From Oligoflexia bacterium (GTDB taxonomy: Bacteria; Bdellovibrionota; UBA1018; CAIPTA01): a stretch of DNA of 64,000 nucleotides. The stretch is from NCBI GenBank assembly GCA_023954355.1, contig JAMLID010000003.1, forward strand, positions 21,270 to 85,269. The letters are read 5' to 3'. The stretch's first letter is position 1, and the number at the start of each line of letters is the position of its first letter. The notes beneath the pieces are model-generated. The model saw only the letters and a program-made list of their open reading frames with translations. It did not search any database and was not told the origin of the DNA. This document shows, in pieces, positions 19,858 to 30,225 of the stretch. A program made the position numbers and the translations under genes.

Positions 19858-20839
19858 AACTATGTTCTTTCAAGTAAGCAATCACACTACCTACTTTAAT
19901 TTTTGCATCTACTTTTAAAATTCTTCTTTCAAAATCATCGCTAAGCCAAACAAAGCTGTCTCCATAGGTTTTTAAGATTCCATCAAGCACAACTTCAGGC
20001 TTGATAATAATTGCCGGAATCTTACCAATTTTTGTAGGCAGATCTTCTTTACCAACAACTGTAACTCTCACATCTCTCATTTTTCCATTGGTCATTACAG
20101 GAAACTCATAGGTTTTACCAACTTCATACGGAAGCGTTCTCACGAAGTAAAAAGCCGAAAGTCCATCCTGTGTATAGGGAATAGACTCTAGCACTTTTTG
20201 TTCGTCTTTTTTTCCTTTTTTCTTATGGTCTAATTTACTGTAATAGTGAACTTTGTTATTAACTTGATCGTATAATTCTAAAACATCTCTCTGCTGTAAA
20301 CTCTCATCTAATTTTAAAGAAAATTTATGAGAAACCAAAGTCTCAGAATCTAAGTAGCTTTCGGCTACATCATTCATTCTATAAAACAAAGAAAAAACAG
20401 AGGTTGTTCTTGCTATGGCTCTGATATGATAAACCTTTCTATCTGCAATTTTTTTCTCTGGCAGTAAAATTAGTTCTAGTTCACCAGCGGTAGCTCCAAA
20501 GTAAGTGATATCAAAAACGTATCGCTCACCTTCTCGAAAAAACGGATCAATTTTCCAGCGATTTGGCCACGAAAACTTAGGCTCCTCTTTTACTGGTTCT
20601 TTTTGCTTACTCTTCTTTTTTTTGGTTACCTGGCTTTTTTTCGTTTTTTTTGTCGTTTTTTCTATAACAGGCTCAGGTTCAACACTAGCTATTTTTTTAT
20701 TGTCATTATCTACAACTGAGAATTGGTTTTTTAGTGAGTCTGAAATACCGAAGGCCTTTTCATCCGGTACGGTCTGTGGCTCGATTGCTGAGCATCCAAA
20801 ATAAAAAAATAGCAGACCTATCCAGACAAACTTAAACAT
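19823..20839 (-). CDS. DUF3108-like lipoprotein
   Basis: Lipobox (FFYFGC) after ATG 20839; PFFREGE..F.ITYFGATAG, VWLSDD.RR.LK..AKIKVGS. Confidence 0.75.
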   Translation of the reverse strand: MFKFVWIGLLFFYFGCSAIEPQTVPDEKAFGISDSLKNQFSVVDNDNKKIASVEPEPVIEKTTKKTKKSQVTKKKKSKQKEPVKEEPKFSWPNRWKIDPFFREGERYVFDITYFGATAGELELILLPEKKIADRKVYHIRAIARTTSVFSLFYRMNDVAESYLDSETLVSHKFSLKLDESLQQRDVLELYDQVNNKVHYYSKLDHKKKGKKDEQKVLESIPYTQDGLSAFYFVRTLPYEVGKTYEFPVMTNGKMRDVRVTVVGKEDLPTKIGKIPAIIIKPEVVLDGILKTYGDSFVWLSDDFERRILKVDAKIKVGSVIAYLKEHSYGAGSKALEKK

Positions 20840-20843
20840 ATAT

Positions 20844-21752
20844 TTAGTGTAGCATTTCTCCATAAGAATTTGGAGAAAGTGGAGAAAGATCTCCTTTCCA
20901 ACGGCGATGCATCCACAGCCATTGATTCGGATTCTCTCGAACCCACCTTTCCGTGTGACTTACGAACTGTGCTGTATTATAAATCACATCGTTTTCAAGC
21001 TCACCAGTGTTTCGAATTTCAATCTCTGGCTCAAAGCGAACAATAAATTTACCGTTTTTTTGACGAATCACTGTAGCAGGAACAACTGGCGCCTCTGTTC
21101 TTAATGCGATATTTGCCAAAGCCGTATGACTACCTGTTGGCTTGTCAAAAAAGTGAACTCTTGCTCCGACCGGAGCACCAGCGTACTGATCCATAACAAA
21201 ACCGACAATTTCTTTATTTTTTAATGCTTTTAGAACATCTTTCATCGTTCTTGGCTCTAAAGCCATTTTTATTCCCATAAGTTCTCTCGTCACAAAAACG
21301 ATTCTATGAAACCAGTCAGGCTTTAATCTTTTAGTTACCATAGTTACTTTTTTGTGCAGAACCTCTACACCCGTCATTGGTAAAATCTCCCAATTAGCCA
21401 TATGCGAAGTCATCACTAATACACCAAGGCCTTTTGCTTGAGCTTTATTTAAATATTCCACATTTTCTATAGTAACGATTTTACGAATAATTCTTTCGTA
21501 TTTATAAAAAGAAGATAAAAATTCTATTAGCAAAATTCCAAACTGCTCATAAAAAGCTTGTATATTTATATCATTAATTGGTTCTTTTGATTCGCTAACT
21601 ATTTTAAAATTATTTTCAACAACATCTCTTCTAAAGCCAAAGTACAACAGAGACCTTCCTAAAAAAGCACCTATCTTTAAAAAAATAAATCTAGGCAAGA
21701 GCTGCAAGAAAAGACTGATTAATTTTAAAACAATGATTCCTATATAATACAT
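20844..21752 (-). CDS. Lipid A late acyltransferase (LpxL/HtrB family)
   Basis: HMANWE, GFVMDQ, NPNQWLWMHRRWK. Confidence 0.9.
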   Translation of the reverse strand: MYYIGIIVLKLISLFLQLLPRFIFLKIGAFLGRSLLYFGFRRDVVENNFKIVSESKEPINDINIQAFYEQFGILLIEFLSSFYKYERIIRKIVTIENVEYLNKAQAKGLGVLVMTSHMANWEILPMTGVEVLHKKVTMVTKRLKPDWFHRIVFVTRELMGIKMALEPRTMKDVLKALKNKEIVGFVMDQYAGAPVGARVHFFDKPTGSHTALANIALRTEAPVVPATVIRQKNGKFIVRFEPEIEIRNTGELENDVIYNTAQFVSHTERWVRENPNQWLWMHRRWKGDLSPLSPNSYGEMLH

Positions 21753-22777
21753 TCTCTAACTGCCCTAAAAAAAAGCTCCAGCTTTGGCTTATCTTCAGTA
21801 AAAAAAACTAAATCTACACACATCACATAAATATTTATATCTGTTAATCTTTTAGACCATCTAGCCCAATCTTTTTCTGTGATAACTATAGGCATTTCAG
21901 GAAATTTCTTAGACATAGCTTTAATTTCTAAAATCATTTTCTCACTTAAACTCGCATGATCAGAATAGGTAATTTTCTCTTTAATAGAGTATCCCATTGA
22001 TGAAAGTGCGTAGTGAAAACTCTCTGGCTTGGCAATACCAGATACTGCTATAATATTTTTATCTTCAAGCTTCTCTACTCGCTGACAATTGCTTATAGAA
22101 AAAAAATGTGACGCATTATATTTTGCTTTTACAACATAAAGACTATTTTCGATTTTAGAGTTTTTCCATTTACTTTTTTTCTTACCAATTGAAGCTATTT
22201 CTTTGATTTTTTGTTCTAAGCTGCGCAAATCATCTTTTGAAACTTCGTCTGCTCTATTGATTACAATTAAATCTGCTCGTTCTAAGGCTTGCTTGTTTTC
22301 TCTAAAAAAACCAAACGGTATAGGAAGCCCCTCTATACCTTCTTTAGCATCGACCATAACGATGTCAAAATCTCTATACCCCTGCCAATGCTGAAATCCG
22401 TCGTCCAAAACCGCAAAGTTAACAAAAGAGAATTGGCTCCAATATTCTTTTGCCTTCGTCACGCGATTTGCATGTACTAAAAGAGGAAAATTCGGATATC
22501 TATTCTTGATCATCCAAGGCTCATCACCAAGATCTTCAACTGGTATTTTTTTGTTCTCTAGTGCGATCACCACTTCTTTAGATTTTCTTTTATAGCCTCT
22601 AGTTAGAACAAGCGGAATCAATCCCTCTTTTTTCGCCCACTCTAATAAATACATAGTCATGGGAGATTTTCCTGTTCCCCCCATGCTTATATTACCTATA
22701 CTAATCACGGGAACAGGCAATTGAGTGGATTTTTTTAACTCTAACTCGTATAAAAAACTACGAATTGAATTAAGCAC
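21740..22777 (-). CDS. lpxK: Tetraacyldisaccharide 4'-kinase
   Basis: ISIGNISMGGTGKSP, RGY, GDEP, LDDGFQH, ITEKD. Confidence 0.95.
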   Translation of the reverse strand: MLNSIRSFLYELELKKSTQLPVPVISIGNISMGGTGKSPMTMYLLEWAKKEGLIPLVLTRGYKRKSKEVVIALENKKIPVEDLGDEPWMIKNRYPNFPLLVHANRVTKAKEYWSQFSFVNFAVLDDGFQHWQGYRDFDIVMVDAKEGIEGLPIPFGFFRENKQALERADLIVINRADEVSKDDLRSLEQKIKEIASIGKKKSKWKNSKIENSLYVVKAKYNASHFFSISNCQRVEKLEDKNIIAVSGIAKPESFHYALSSMGYSIKEKITYSDHASLSEKMILEIKAMSKKFPEMPIVITEKDWARWSKRLTDINIYVMCVDLVFFTEDKPKLELFFRAVRECII

Positions 22778-23945
22778 TCGATCCTCTATCTTTCATAAAA
22801 TTTAATAGAGTGATTGCCGCATTCTCAACTGGATCCATTGGTCCGCTCAATATATCTCTTGTCTTTGCTAGTCGCTCTTGCAAAAGCGCCCATTGATCTA
22901 ACTGTAAAAGCTTATTGCTCTCTCGAATTACATTCGCTGGTGTCACTTGATCTTGTAATAATTCTGGTACTAATTTTTCTTTAGAGCCTAGGCCACAGTG
23001 AATGAGATTCACCATAGAAATTGCCCCTTGATAATTAATAAATCTTTTAAATAAAAAAGCAGTCATTGGAGATACTTTATAAACAACGACCATAGGAATG
23101 CCGACTATAGCTGCTTCTAACGTTGCTGTGCCTGAAGCCACCCATGCAAGTTTTGAATCTCTTAAAACTTCGTGAGCCGGCTTCTTTACTACCTCTATAG
23201 AATCTGCTAATTGCTTCCAAATTGTAGAGTGGGGGCCGTCTTTACTGATTAAATTAGAAACAAAATTAGAATTATATAAATTTTCAGCTAGTGGAATTAC
23301 AAAGTGAAATCTGGGCTCAATCTTACGCAATTCTATAGCTGATTGAAGAAGTGGCTCAAGTAAGCGATCCCACTCACTTTCTCTACTTCCCGGTAAAATT
23401 GCAATCTTATTAGGTAGAGGCGAATAGGGAAGGTCTGGAATTTCACTAATCACAGGATGGCCAACGTACTCTATCTTCAAAGATTGTAGTTTTTTTTCTT
23501 GATACCAATCTTTTTCGAACGGCAATATTACCATCAAAAGATCTAGTATCTTATCCATTTGAAAAACTCGATTAGATCTCCACGCCCATACCTGAGGAGA
23601 GATATAATATACAATTGGTATATCAAGTGCATCTTTGATTCTCTTAGCAAGCCTAAGATTAAAATCAGGTAAGTCTAAAAGTAAGATTAGGTCTGGCTTT
23701 TCTTTTTTAATTTCGAAAATTATTTTTTTAAACAAAGATAAGGTCTGAGGAATCTTCTTAAGCGCTTCAGTTAAGCCAACTACCGCCATTTCATGAATCG
23801 GAAATAAAGACCTAAGCCCTTCTCTTTCTAAATTTTCTCCTCCAATACCAATAACCTCAAGAGAACATTTTTTTTTTAAATTATGAATTAAATGTGCTGC
23901 ATGTATGTCAGCAGATGCCTCACCAGCAATCACTAAAATTTTCAT
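22770..23945 (-). CDS. lpxB: Lipid-A-disaccharide synthase
   Basis: AGEASAD, DLPDFN, YYISPQVWAWR, LPGSR, SGTATLE. Confidence 0.96.
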   Translation of the reverse strand: MKILVIAGEASADIHAAHLIHNLKKKCSLEVIGIGGENLEREGLRSLFPIHEMAVVGLTEALKKIPQTLSLFKKIIFEIKKEKPDLILLLDLPDFNLRLAKRIKDALDIPIVYYISPQVWAWRSNRVFQMDKILDLLMVILPFEKDWYQEKKLQSLKIEYVGHPVISEIPDLPYSPLPNKIAILPGSRESEWDRLLEPLLQSAIELRKIEPRFHFVIPLAENLYNSNFVSNLISKDGPHSTIWKQLADSIEVVKKPAHEVLRDSKLAWVASGTATLEAAIVGIPMVVVYKVSPMTAFLFKRFINYQGAISMVNLIHCGLGSKEKLVPELLQDQVTPANVIRESNKLLQLDQWALLQERLAKTRDILSGPMDPVENAAITLLNFMKDRGSSA

Positions 23946-24949
23946 ACTGAAAGACTCACATTAGGTACGCTCATAGAAGAAAGTCTTTTTTTAATATCAG
24001 CAACTACTTTTTCTGCAACCTCAATGGCGCGTAGTCCATCTTCACCAGAAACAAGCGGAGATTTTCTGCCTCTTACACCGTTACAAAAATCGCGTATTTC
24101 TTCTTGGAGAGCATCTTCAACTTGCAATACACCAGAGCTATGAGAAATCATTTTTTCTAAGTCTTTCTCTGCTGAATTTTTTAAGTACCACTCATAAGTA
24201 CCCATAGCTAAATCGAGCGATAAATAAGAGTCTCCGCAAAAAACACGAAATTTTCTTGTTCTAGCCATTGATATTCTCGATGCCGTTAAATTTGCTACAC
24301 AGCCATTCTCAAATTCAAATCTACAATTTGCTATATCAATTTGATTCGTTAAAACAGGAAATCCAGAGGCACGCACCTCTTTCAGCGGACTACTAACCAT
24401 GGCAAGCATCAGATCTATGTCATGTATCATTAAATCAAAAATAACATCAATGTCAGTACTTCGAGCAGGAAAAGGGCTCAAACGATGGCATTCGATAAAA
24501 TAGGGAGTGCCACGTAACTCTCTTAGAACTTCTAAGGCACGAAATCTTTCTACTTGCCCAACAGCTAAAAATAATTCTTTTTGGCGAGCATCTTTTACTA
24601 GTTCTTCTGCTTTTTTAGAATTTGCTGCTAAGGGCTTTTCTACAAGTATATGAACCCCTCTTTTCATCAACTCTAGCCCGCTAGTAACGTGCTGGTCTGT
24701 AGAGGTAGAAACACTAGCTAAATCTATTTTTGGAATCTCTTGTTTATCCACTGCCTGAAATAGCTCTTCTATGCTCGAAAATAGCTTTACAGACTTACCA
24801 AGCTTACGAGCTTTTGCTTCGAGTTCTGAAGCACGTGGGTCGACTAAAGCAACTAAATTTACACCTTCATTTTCTAGTGCAATATATTTTTGAGCATGAA
24901 AGTTACCTAAATGACCAAATCCTATGACAGCGGCATTTAATTTTTCCAT
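23942..24949 (-). CDS. Gfo/Idh/MocA oxidoreductase, likely UDP-GlcNAc 3-dehydrogenase (GnnA-like)
   Basis: IGFGHLG, VEKP, GQVERF, DLMIHDID, TASRIS; located between lpxA and lpxB. Confidence 0.8.
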   Translation of the reverse strand: MEKLNAAVIGFGHLGNFHAQKYIALENEGVNLVALVDPRASELEAKARKLGKSVKLFSSIEELFQAVDKQEIPKIDLASVSTSTDQHVTSGLELMKRGVHILVEKPLAANSKKAEELVKDARQKELFLAVGQVERFRALEVLRELRGTPYFIECHRLSPFPARSTDIDVIFDLMIHDIDLMLAMVSSPLKEVRASGFPVLTNQIDIANCRFEFENGCVANLTASRISMARTRKFRVFCGDSYLSLDLAMGTYEWYLKNSAEKDLEKMISHSSGVLQVEDALQEEIRDFCNGVRGRKSPLVSGEDGLRAIEVAEKVVADIKKRLSSMSVPNVSLSV

Positions 24950-24962
24950 CGTAATAACCTAT

Positions 24963-25736
24963 TTATCTACTGATTCCGTTTTTACTGTTTTTAATAAAAT
25001 CCACGAAATACCGAACATCATTTTGGTCTGCGTAACGAGACTCTATTTCTTGCAGTGCTTGTTCTTTTTCTAATCCACTTTCAAAATAAATTTTATATGT
25101 GTCCATTACTGCACGTAATCGATCACCATCAAAACCTCTTCGCTTTAAGCCAACTAAATTTAATCCTCTTACTTTTGATGGGTCTCCCACTAATGTTACG
25201 TAAGGAGCAACATCTTTTCGAATTCCCGTCATACCTCCAATGAAAGCATGCTTACCTACTCGTAAAAATTGAGTGATGCCACACATACCAGAAAGTATCG
25301 CCCAGTCCTCTAAGACCACGTGCCCTGAGAGCCCGGTATAGTTGGCCATAATCACATGGTTTCCGATTTCACAATCGTGAGCCACATGACAATACGCCAT
25401 CACTAAGCAATGATCGCCTATTTTAGTAACACCACCGCCAGTAACAGTGCCTAAGTTAACTGTCACACACTCACGAAATTTATTATTATTGCCAATCACA
25501 AGCTTTGTCGGCTCATTTTTATATTTCAAATCTTGCGGTTTTCCACCAATGCAAGAATACGAGCCAATTTCATTTGCTTCCCCAATAGTCGTATGCCCCT
25601 CTATACTTGCGTGATGCTCTACGATAGAGTTTTTTCCGATTCGTACATATTCACCGACATAGGCGAAAGGACCAACTTCAACACTTGAGTCTAGCTCTGC
25701 TTTAGGATGTACATAGGCCGATGGATGAATGCTCAT
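24963..25736 (-). CDS. lpxA: Acyl-ACP--UDP-N-acetylglucosamine acyltransferase
   Basis: Hexapeptide repeats, PQDLKY, HVAHDC, GLNLVGLKRRGF. Confidence 0.96.
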   Translation of the reverse strand: MSIHPSAYVHPKAELDSSVEVGPFAYVGEYVRIGKNSIVEHHASIEGHTTIGEANEIGSYSCIGGKPQDLKYKNEPTKLVIGNNNKFRECVTVNLGTVTGGGVTKIGDHCLVMAYCHVAHDCEIGNHVIMANYTGLSGHVVLEDWAILSGMCGITQFLRVGKHAFIGGMTGIRKDVAPYVTLVGDPSKVRGLNLVGLKRRGFDGDRLRAVMDTYKIYFESGLEKEQALQEIESRYADQNDVRYFVDFIKNSKNGISR

Positions 25737-26248
25737 ACTTTTTTCTCTCCTAAAACAACACTTGCCAATAAATCTGTTTCAGCAACCAAAGAACCTTCAA
25801 TTTCTCCTTTACACTTGAATCCCCATATAGGCCCCTTATGTCTAGTAACTTCACAAGTAATCATCATTGAGTCACCAGGAAAAAATGGTTTTCTAAAGCG
25901 TGCATTATCTACCCCAGCTAAGCGCAACTCAAAAGAGCTTTGCACCTTCATATCTTTATCTAAGTCAACCCACGGCAGTACAGCAAAGCTTGCCATTTGT
26001 GCCATAGTTTCTATTATCACAACACCAGGAGTAATTGGCATATTTGGAAAATGCCCAACAAAATAGGGTTCATTTATTGTAGCATTTTTGATTCCTTTAA
26101 CTATGGTTCCGACTTCTTTCATGCTGCCACCTTCTGTAACCGGAACCTTAATTTCTAAAATTTTATCTACGAATAAAAAGGGAAAACGATGAGGCAAATA
26201 ATTTCTCACCTGCCCTTGATCAAATGGCCCAAATACTTTTTCACTCAT
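25733..26248 (-). CDS. fabZ: 3-hydroxyacyl-ACP dehydratase
   Basis: [27 protein letters not shown]. Confidence 0.95.
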   Translation of the reverse strand: MSEKVFGPFDQGQVRNYLPHRFPFLFVDKILEIKVPVTEGGSMKEVGTIVKGIKNATINEPYFVGHFPNMPITPGVVIIETMAQMASFAVLPWVDLDKDMKVQSSFELRLAGVDNARFRKPFFPGDSMMITCEVTRHKGPIWGFKCKGEIEGSLVAETDLLASVVLGEKKV

Positions 26249-27284
26249 TTTTCATTTCCCTTTCTGCAAACATTTTTGGGAGTCTTCCTATAAAAATTTG
26301 ATTTCGTAAATATTCTCTCCAAGGCATTGCAGGAACCCCTCCCCACTTTGCTTTTGCTGGAATATGAGAAGACACTGCTGAAAAGGCCGCAACTTGAGCG
26401 CCCTCACCAATCACTATCTTATTAGCAACGCCTACCATCCCTGCTATTATTGCATTCTCTTTGACTGTTCCACTACCAGCCAAGCCAGTACAACCGCAAA
26501 TAATTACACCGTCGCCAATCTGGCAATTGTGCCCTATCTGCACCTGATTATCTATAATGCAGCGATCACCTATCTTCGTATCAGAAAAGGTTCCTCTATC
26601 AATAGTGGTAGATGCTCCGATTTCTACATCACTACCAATAATCACTCTACCTAGATGATGAATTTTTTCGTGAAACAATTTACCATTTCGAATATCTTGA
26701 ACGTATCCGAAACCATCAGCACCAATAACTGAATTTGAGTGAATGCGAACTCGATCAGCAATTTTTGTATTTGCGTAAATCACCACTCCATCAAACATAC
26801 GACAATCGCTGCCCAATTCGACTCCTGCAGAGATCGAAACCCTAGAGCCAAGTACCGTTCTCTCACCAATCACGGCATTTTCTCCAACAACACAAAAAGC
26901 CCCTATGCTGACTGACTTTGCTATTTTTGCCGTTGGGTGAATTTGGGCTGTAAGATCAATTTCTCCAGAAGTTTTCTCTGGACTAAAAAACACACTTGCC
27001 TTGGCCATAGACAAAAGCGCTTTCTTCGATCTTACTTTAGGAGCTGAGAGATTTTGTGCTTTATCCCAAAATCGTTGATCTACAACAAAAAGCGCCGGTT
27101 GAATTTTCTGATCTAAAGCCGCACGCAAGTGTGCTTCAGAGCCTATGAAAAACAAGTCTGAATTGGAACACTGTTCTTCGTGCCCGATACCATCAATAGA
27201 CAAATCAGAATATTCTGTCCAAGAATCTAATAGGTCCATCAGCGGGGCTAACTGCCCAAAGCTGAGACTATTTTTTCTTGCCAT
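26241..27284 (-). CDS. lpxD: UDP-3-O-acyl-glucosamine N-acyltransferase
   Basis: [23 protein letters not shown], hexapeptide repeats. Confidence 0.95.
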   Translation of the reverse strand: MARKNSLSFGQLAPLMDLLDSWTEYSDLSIDGIGHEEQCSNSDLFFIGSEAHLRAALDQKIQPALFVVDQRFWDKAQNLSAPKVRSKKALLSMAKASVFFSPEKTSGEIDLTAQIHPTAKIAKSVSIGAFCVVGENAVIGERTVLGSRVSISAGVELGSDCRMFDGVVIYANTKIADRVRIHSNSVIGADGFGYVQDIRNGKLFHEKIHHLGRVIIGSDVEIGASTTIDRGTFSDTKIGDRCIIDNQVQIGHNCQIGDGVIICGCTGLAGSGTVKENAIIAGMVGVANKIVIGEGAQVAAFSAVSSHIPAKAKWGGVPAMPWREYLRNQIFIGRLPKMFAEREMKNE

Positions 27285-27789
27285 ACTGTTTTACAACTTC
27301 GTCCGTAATGTCGTCTTGCGCTTGAGCAAAAATCACATTATTTGCACTACCATCGATTACGAGGGTATACCCTTTTTCTTTTGAAATCTTACCAACAATA
27401 TCTCTAATTTTTTGAATAATTGGTTCTGAAATTTCCATATCTCGCTTCTGAAATTCAGCGGTATTTTTTGCTTCAGACTCTCTCAGTTTTAAAATTTGCC
27501 CTTGAATCTCTTCTTCTTTTTTTCTTCTTGTTGCCTCATCCATCACCATGGCTTGCTTACGTAGATCTTCCATAGCGTCTTGAATTTTTTTACCTTCAGC
27601 TTGAAGCTTTTGTGTTCTTTGCTCCCACTCTTTACGTAAGGTTTCTTCAGCTTTTTTACCTTCTGGTACAGATTTAATCGCCTCTTGCATATTTATAATC
27701 GCAACTCGAGATGGTGGATTCTCAGCGGCAAACACAACGATTGACGCAAAGAATAATGAAGCAATACTTAAAATAATGATCTTTTTCAT
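27268..27789 (-). CDS. skp: OmpH/Skp periplasmic chaperone
   Basis: AGGAG RBS before ATG 27789, signal peptide, coiled coil, [14 protein letters not shown]. Confidence 0.92.
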   Translation of the reverse strand: MKKIIILSIASLFFASIVVFAAENPPSRVAIINMQEAIKSVPEGKKAEETLRKEWEQRTQKLQAEGKKIQDAMEDLRKQAMVMDEATRRKKEEEIQGQILKLRESEAKNTAEFQKRDMEISEPIIQKIRDIVGKISKEKGYTLVIDGSANNVIFAQAQDDITDEVVKQYGKKK

Positions 27790-27864
27790 AATGAAACTCC
27801 TATATTTTGCATGAATATAGTGGAGAGACTTGCAGCTGAAAAGTCTTTCTTTCATTCTAAAGAG

Positions 27865-28755
27865 ATGAAATTTAAAAATTTTTTCTTTCTTTCTTGTTTA
27901 CTCCCTCTATTCACCTATGCCGCACAGGACTATCCCGAAAATGGAAGCTCTGCGCCAGAAGTTAGCTTAGAAGACTATGTTTCTCCTTTTCCTCTGGGAT
28001 ATTCGATTCCACCAACTCAGCCAGATGGGTGGATTGCGCTACCTCAGGGTCGACCGTTTCCCACACTTGCTCCTGACCCCAGAGATTTAAAAATTGCTCT
28101 TCGAAAAAATAATAAAGGTGAACTTGAAGCTGATATAGGCGGATACCGCTCACTTGCTGGATGGAAGGGATCTATCAAAAACAAAACTACCATCTTACAC
28201 ACGGGTATCGAAGGAACAGCGTACTTCTTATTACGGCAAGAGGGATCAAAATTTCCCCTTCATAGCTCTGATGGAGTAATTGGTTTGTATGGAGAAGCTA
28301 TTCGAGGTTTATGGATGTACCAGCTGCGCTTTACCCATTTATCCGCGCACCTAAGTGACGGAATAACAGCTATTAGACAAAGATTTTCTTATACTAGAGA
28401 AACTCTTTCTCTTAGATTTGCTAGACAATTAGATAGTTTTCGTGTCTACACAGGCTTACATTATCTGGTTCATACAAAACCTGTTCTTCCAAGAGCCTCT
28501 TTGCAGTTAGGATTTTTCTATGTCTCAAAATTTTCTTGGAAAAAAATTCACCCCTACGCCGGTGCTGATCTAAAAATTCGCTCTTCTCAAGAAGGTACAA
28601 ACCTACACGCCATAGCCGGACTTGCGATACACTCTGATGTAGGAGCTCCACTCGTACGCTTTGGACTAAACTATACCAAGGGCCATGATCTTAGAGGTCA
28701 ATTTTACTTTGAGAAAACAGAAAAGTGGTCTTTAGGCTTAGACATGGATCTCTAA
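27865..28755 (+). CDS. DUF1207-like exported/outer-membrane protein
   Basis: Signal peptide from ATG 27865; F.TLAPDPR, RFTHLSAHLSDG motifs; amphipathic beta strands, C-terminal WSLGLDMDL. Confidence 0.7.
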   Translation: MKFKNFFFLSCLLPLFTYAAQDYPENGSSAPEVSLEDYVSPFPLGYSIPPTQPDGWIALPQGRPFPTLAPDPRDLKIALRKNNKGELEADIGGYRSLAGWKGSIKNKTTILHTGIEGTAYFLLRQEGSKFPLHSSDGVIGLYGEAIRGLWMYQLRFTHLSAHLSDGITAIRQRFSYTRETLSLRFARQLDSFRVYTGLHYLVHTKPVLPRASLQLGFFYVSKFSWKKIHPYAGADLKIRSSQEGTNLHAIAGLAIHSDVGAPLVRFGLNYTKGHDLRGQFYFEKTEKWSLGLDMDL

Positions 28756-28801
28756 AGAGTAGATATCTTAAGCAGTCATAATAAATAACCGATAATAAGG
28801 C

Positions 28802-30043
28802 ATGAGTGCAGCTCGATTTTTTCGTCTTTTTTTTCTCTTAATATATGCGCTCACACCCTCTCTAACATACACGGAAAATAGTTACGCTAATCCTACCTCA
28901 TGCCAAGAAGAGTACGCAAATCTCAAAATTGCTCAACAAATAGTAGATACCCTTACCTTTGGTTCAAGAGAGTTCTCCATAGATCGACTAATAGGAAATG
29001 AAAAATTTGCGAAATTTCTTCAAGAGAAAAAAATTGTGGAACTCGATGCTCTTTCTATCAATGAGCAAAAAAAAATATTAGAAGAATATGCTGCGTCTGC
29101 ATTTAGCTCGTATCGCAGCAAAGAGAGCCTAACTAAAATGAGAGCGCTTTCACTTCAAAAGCAATCACGCCTAAGAGGCTCTACTCAAATAAAAGATTTC
29201 GCTAGTGCAAGTCGTATAAATACCAAACGAATTTTAGAAAATCTCAAAGTGCCTGATACGCCAGAAATGATCGAACTAAAAAAAATATTTGAAGAAATAG
29301 AAACTTTTTTCGTTCATCATACTAATTTCGATATCAATGGCCGAAACTTAGAGGCACCTCTTCTTTCTTCTAGGCAATTAGAAGAAATCGGTCTAGGTCG
29401 TGGACTAAATTCACAAAACCACTTTAATAGAGATATCATTCAATCCGACGACAATGTCTTTTTTTTCGTTTCTTTTAAGAAAAAAAGCGTGAATGCATTG
29501 GATATGAACTCTAATGATTGGAAATACGGCACAGAGCGAATTTATCTAGATAAGTCTTTTGCTAGAGAAAACGGCTGGATCTCTTATTTTATGATGTACC
29601 CAGATCAATTCTTATCTTATTTAAGAAAATATCATCCAGAGTTAATTCCAAAATTAGAAAACGCCATAGAAACCAAACTTTCTATTAAACTTTATGATAT
29701 TAATCTTAAAACTGCTTTTGCCAATCTTCGAGCAGACCAATGGAATACACTAAACGAAGCAGAGCCCGAACTAGTTAGCAAGCTTCTTGGAAGCCTACAT
29801 ACCATGGACTTTACCGTAGATGATTTTGAGAAAGTATGGAAAGCACAAGCCCTACACAAGCTTTATGAAATTTTGCAATCTGACCCGAAAGAATTTCAAA
29901 GAATCTTAAGTGAATTTAAATCTAGCGACCCAGAAATCTCTGTACGCCCACTCGAAAAAGACCACCTCATAGACAGCTTTGAAATGAAAATTCCTGTAGC
30001 AATAGAACCGACGAATGTCACATATAAGTCATCTGAAACTTAG
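28802..30043 (+). CDS. Secreted protein with putative OspC/Lart1-like ADP-ribosyltransferase fold
   Basis: Signal peptide; ordered motifs FVHHTN, LLSS..L, N..DNVFFFV, KYG, GWIS, FTVDDF, FEMKIP; fold call from recalled OspC motifs only. Confidence 0.55.
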   Translation: MSAARFFRLFFLLIYALTPSLTYTENSYANPTSCQEEYANLKIAQQIVDTLTFGSREFSIDRLIGNEKFAKFLQEKKIVELDALSINEQKKILEEYAASAFSSYRSKESLTKMRALSLQKQSRLRGSTQIKDFASASRINTKRILENLKVPDTPEMIELKKIFEEIETFFVHHTNFDINGRNLEAPLLSSRQLEEIGLGRGLNSQNHFNRDIIQSDDNVFFFVSFKKKSVNALDMNSNDWKYGTERIYLDKSFARENGWISYFMMYPDQFLSYLRKYHPELIPKLENAIETKLSIKLYDINLKTAFANLRADQWNTLNEAEPELVSKLLGSLHTMDFTVDDFEKVWKAQALHKLYEILQSDPKEFQRILSEFKSSDPEISVRPLEKDHLIDSFEMKIPVAIEPTNVTYKSSET

Positions 30044-30186
30044 TCTAAGTTCTGTAAAGCATGAGCGATGGTATTTTGTCTCTTCACTTGCATCTCATTT
30101 ACCATGTTTTTTGTGCTGGTTCCTAGTTTCCAGCCTACGACCATAATTAGAATTAAATAAAATAGATAAGCTCTTGTTGTTGTCAT
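30040..30186 (-). CDS. Unannotated 48-aa single-TM small protein
   Basis: MTTTRAYLFYLILIMVVGWKLGTSTKNMVNEMQVKRQNTIAHALQNLD; AGGAGG RBS 5 nt upstream; sigma54 motif upstream. Confidence 0.7.
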   Translation of the reverse strand: MTTTRAYLFYLILIMVVGWKLGTSTKNMVNEMQVKRQNTIAHALQNLD

Positions 30187-30209
30187 AACTGCCTCCTACC
30201 TAGAGATAT

Positions 30210-30225
30210 TGCAGTGACAATTCCA
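30210..30225 (-). promoter_or_regulatory. Sigma54 (-24/-12) promoter of the 48-aa gene
   Basis: Minus strand TGGAATTGTCACTGCA has canonical GG-N10-GC spacing; predicted TSS just 5' of the RBS. Confidence 0.6.
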
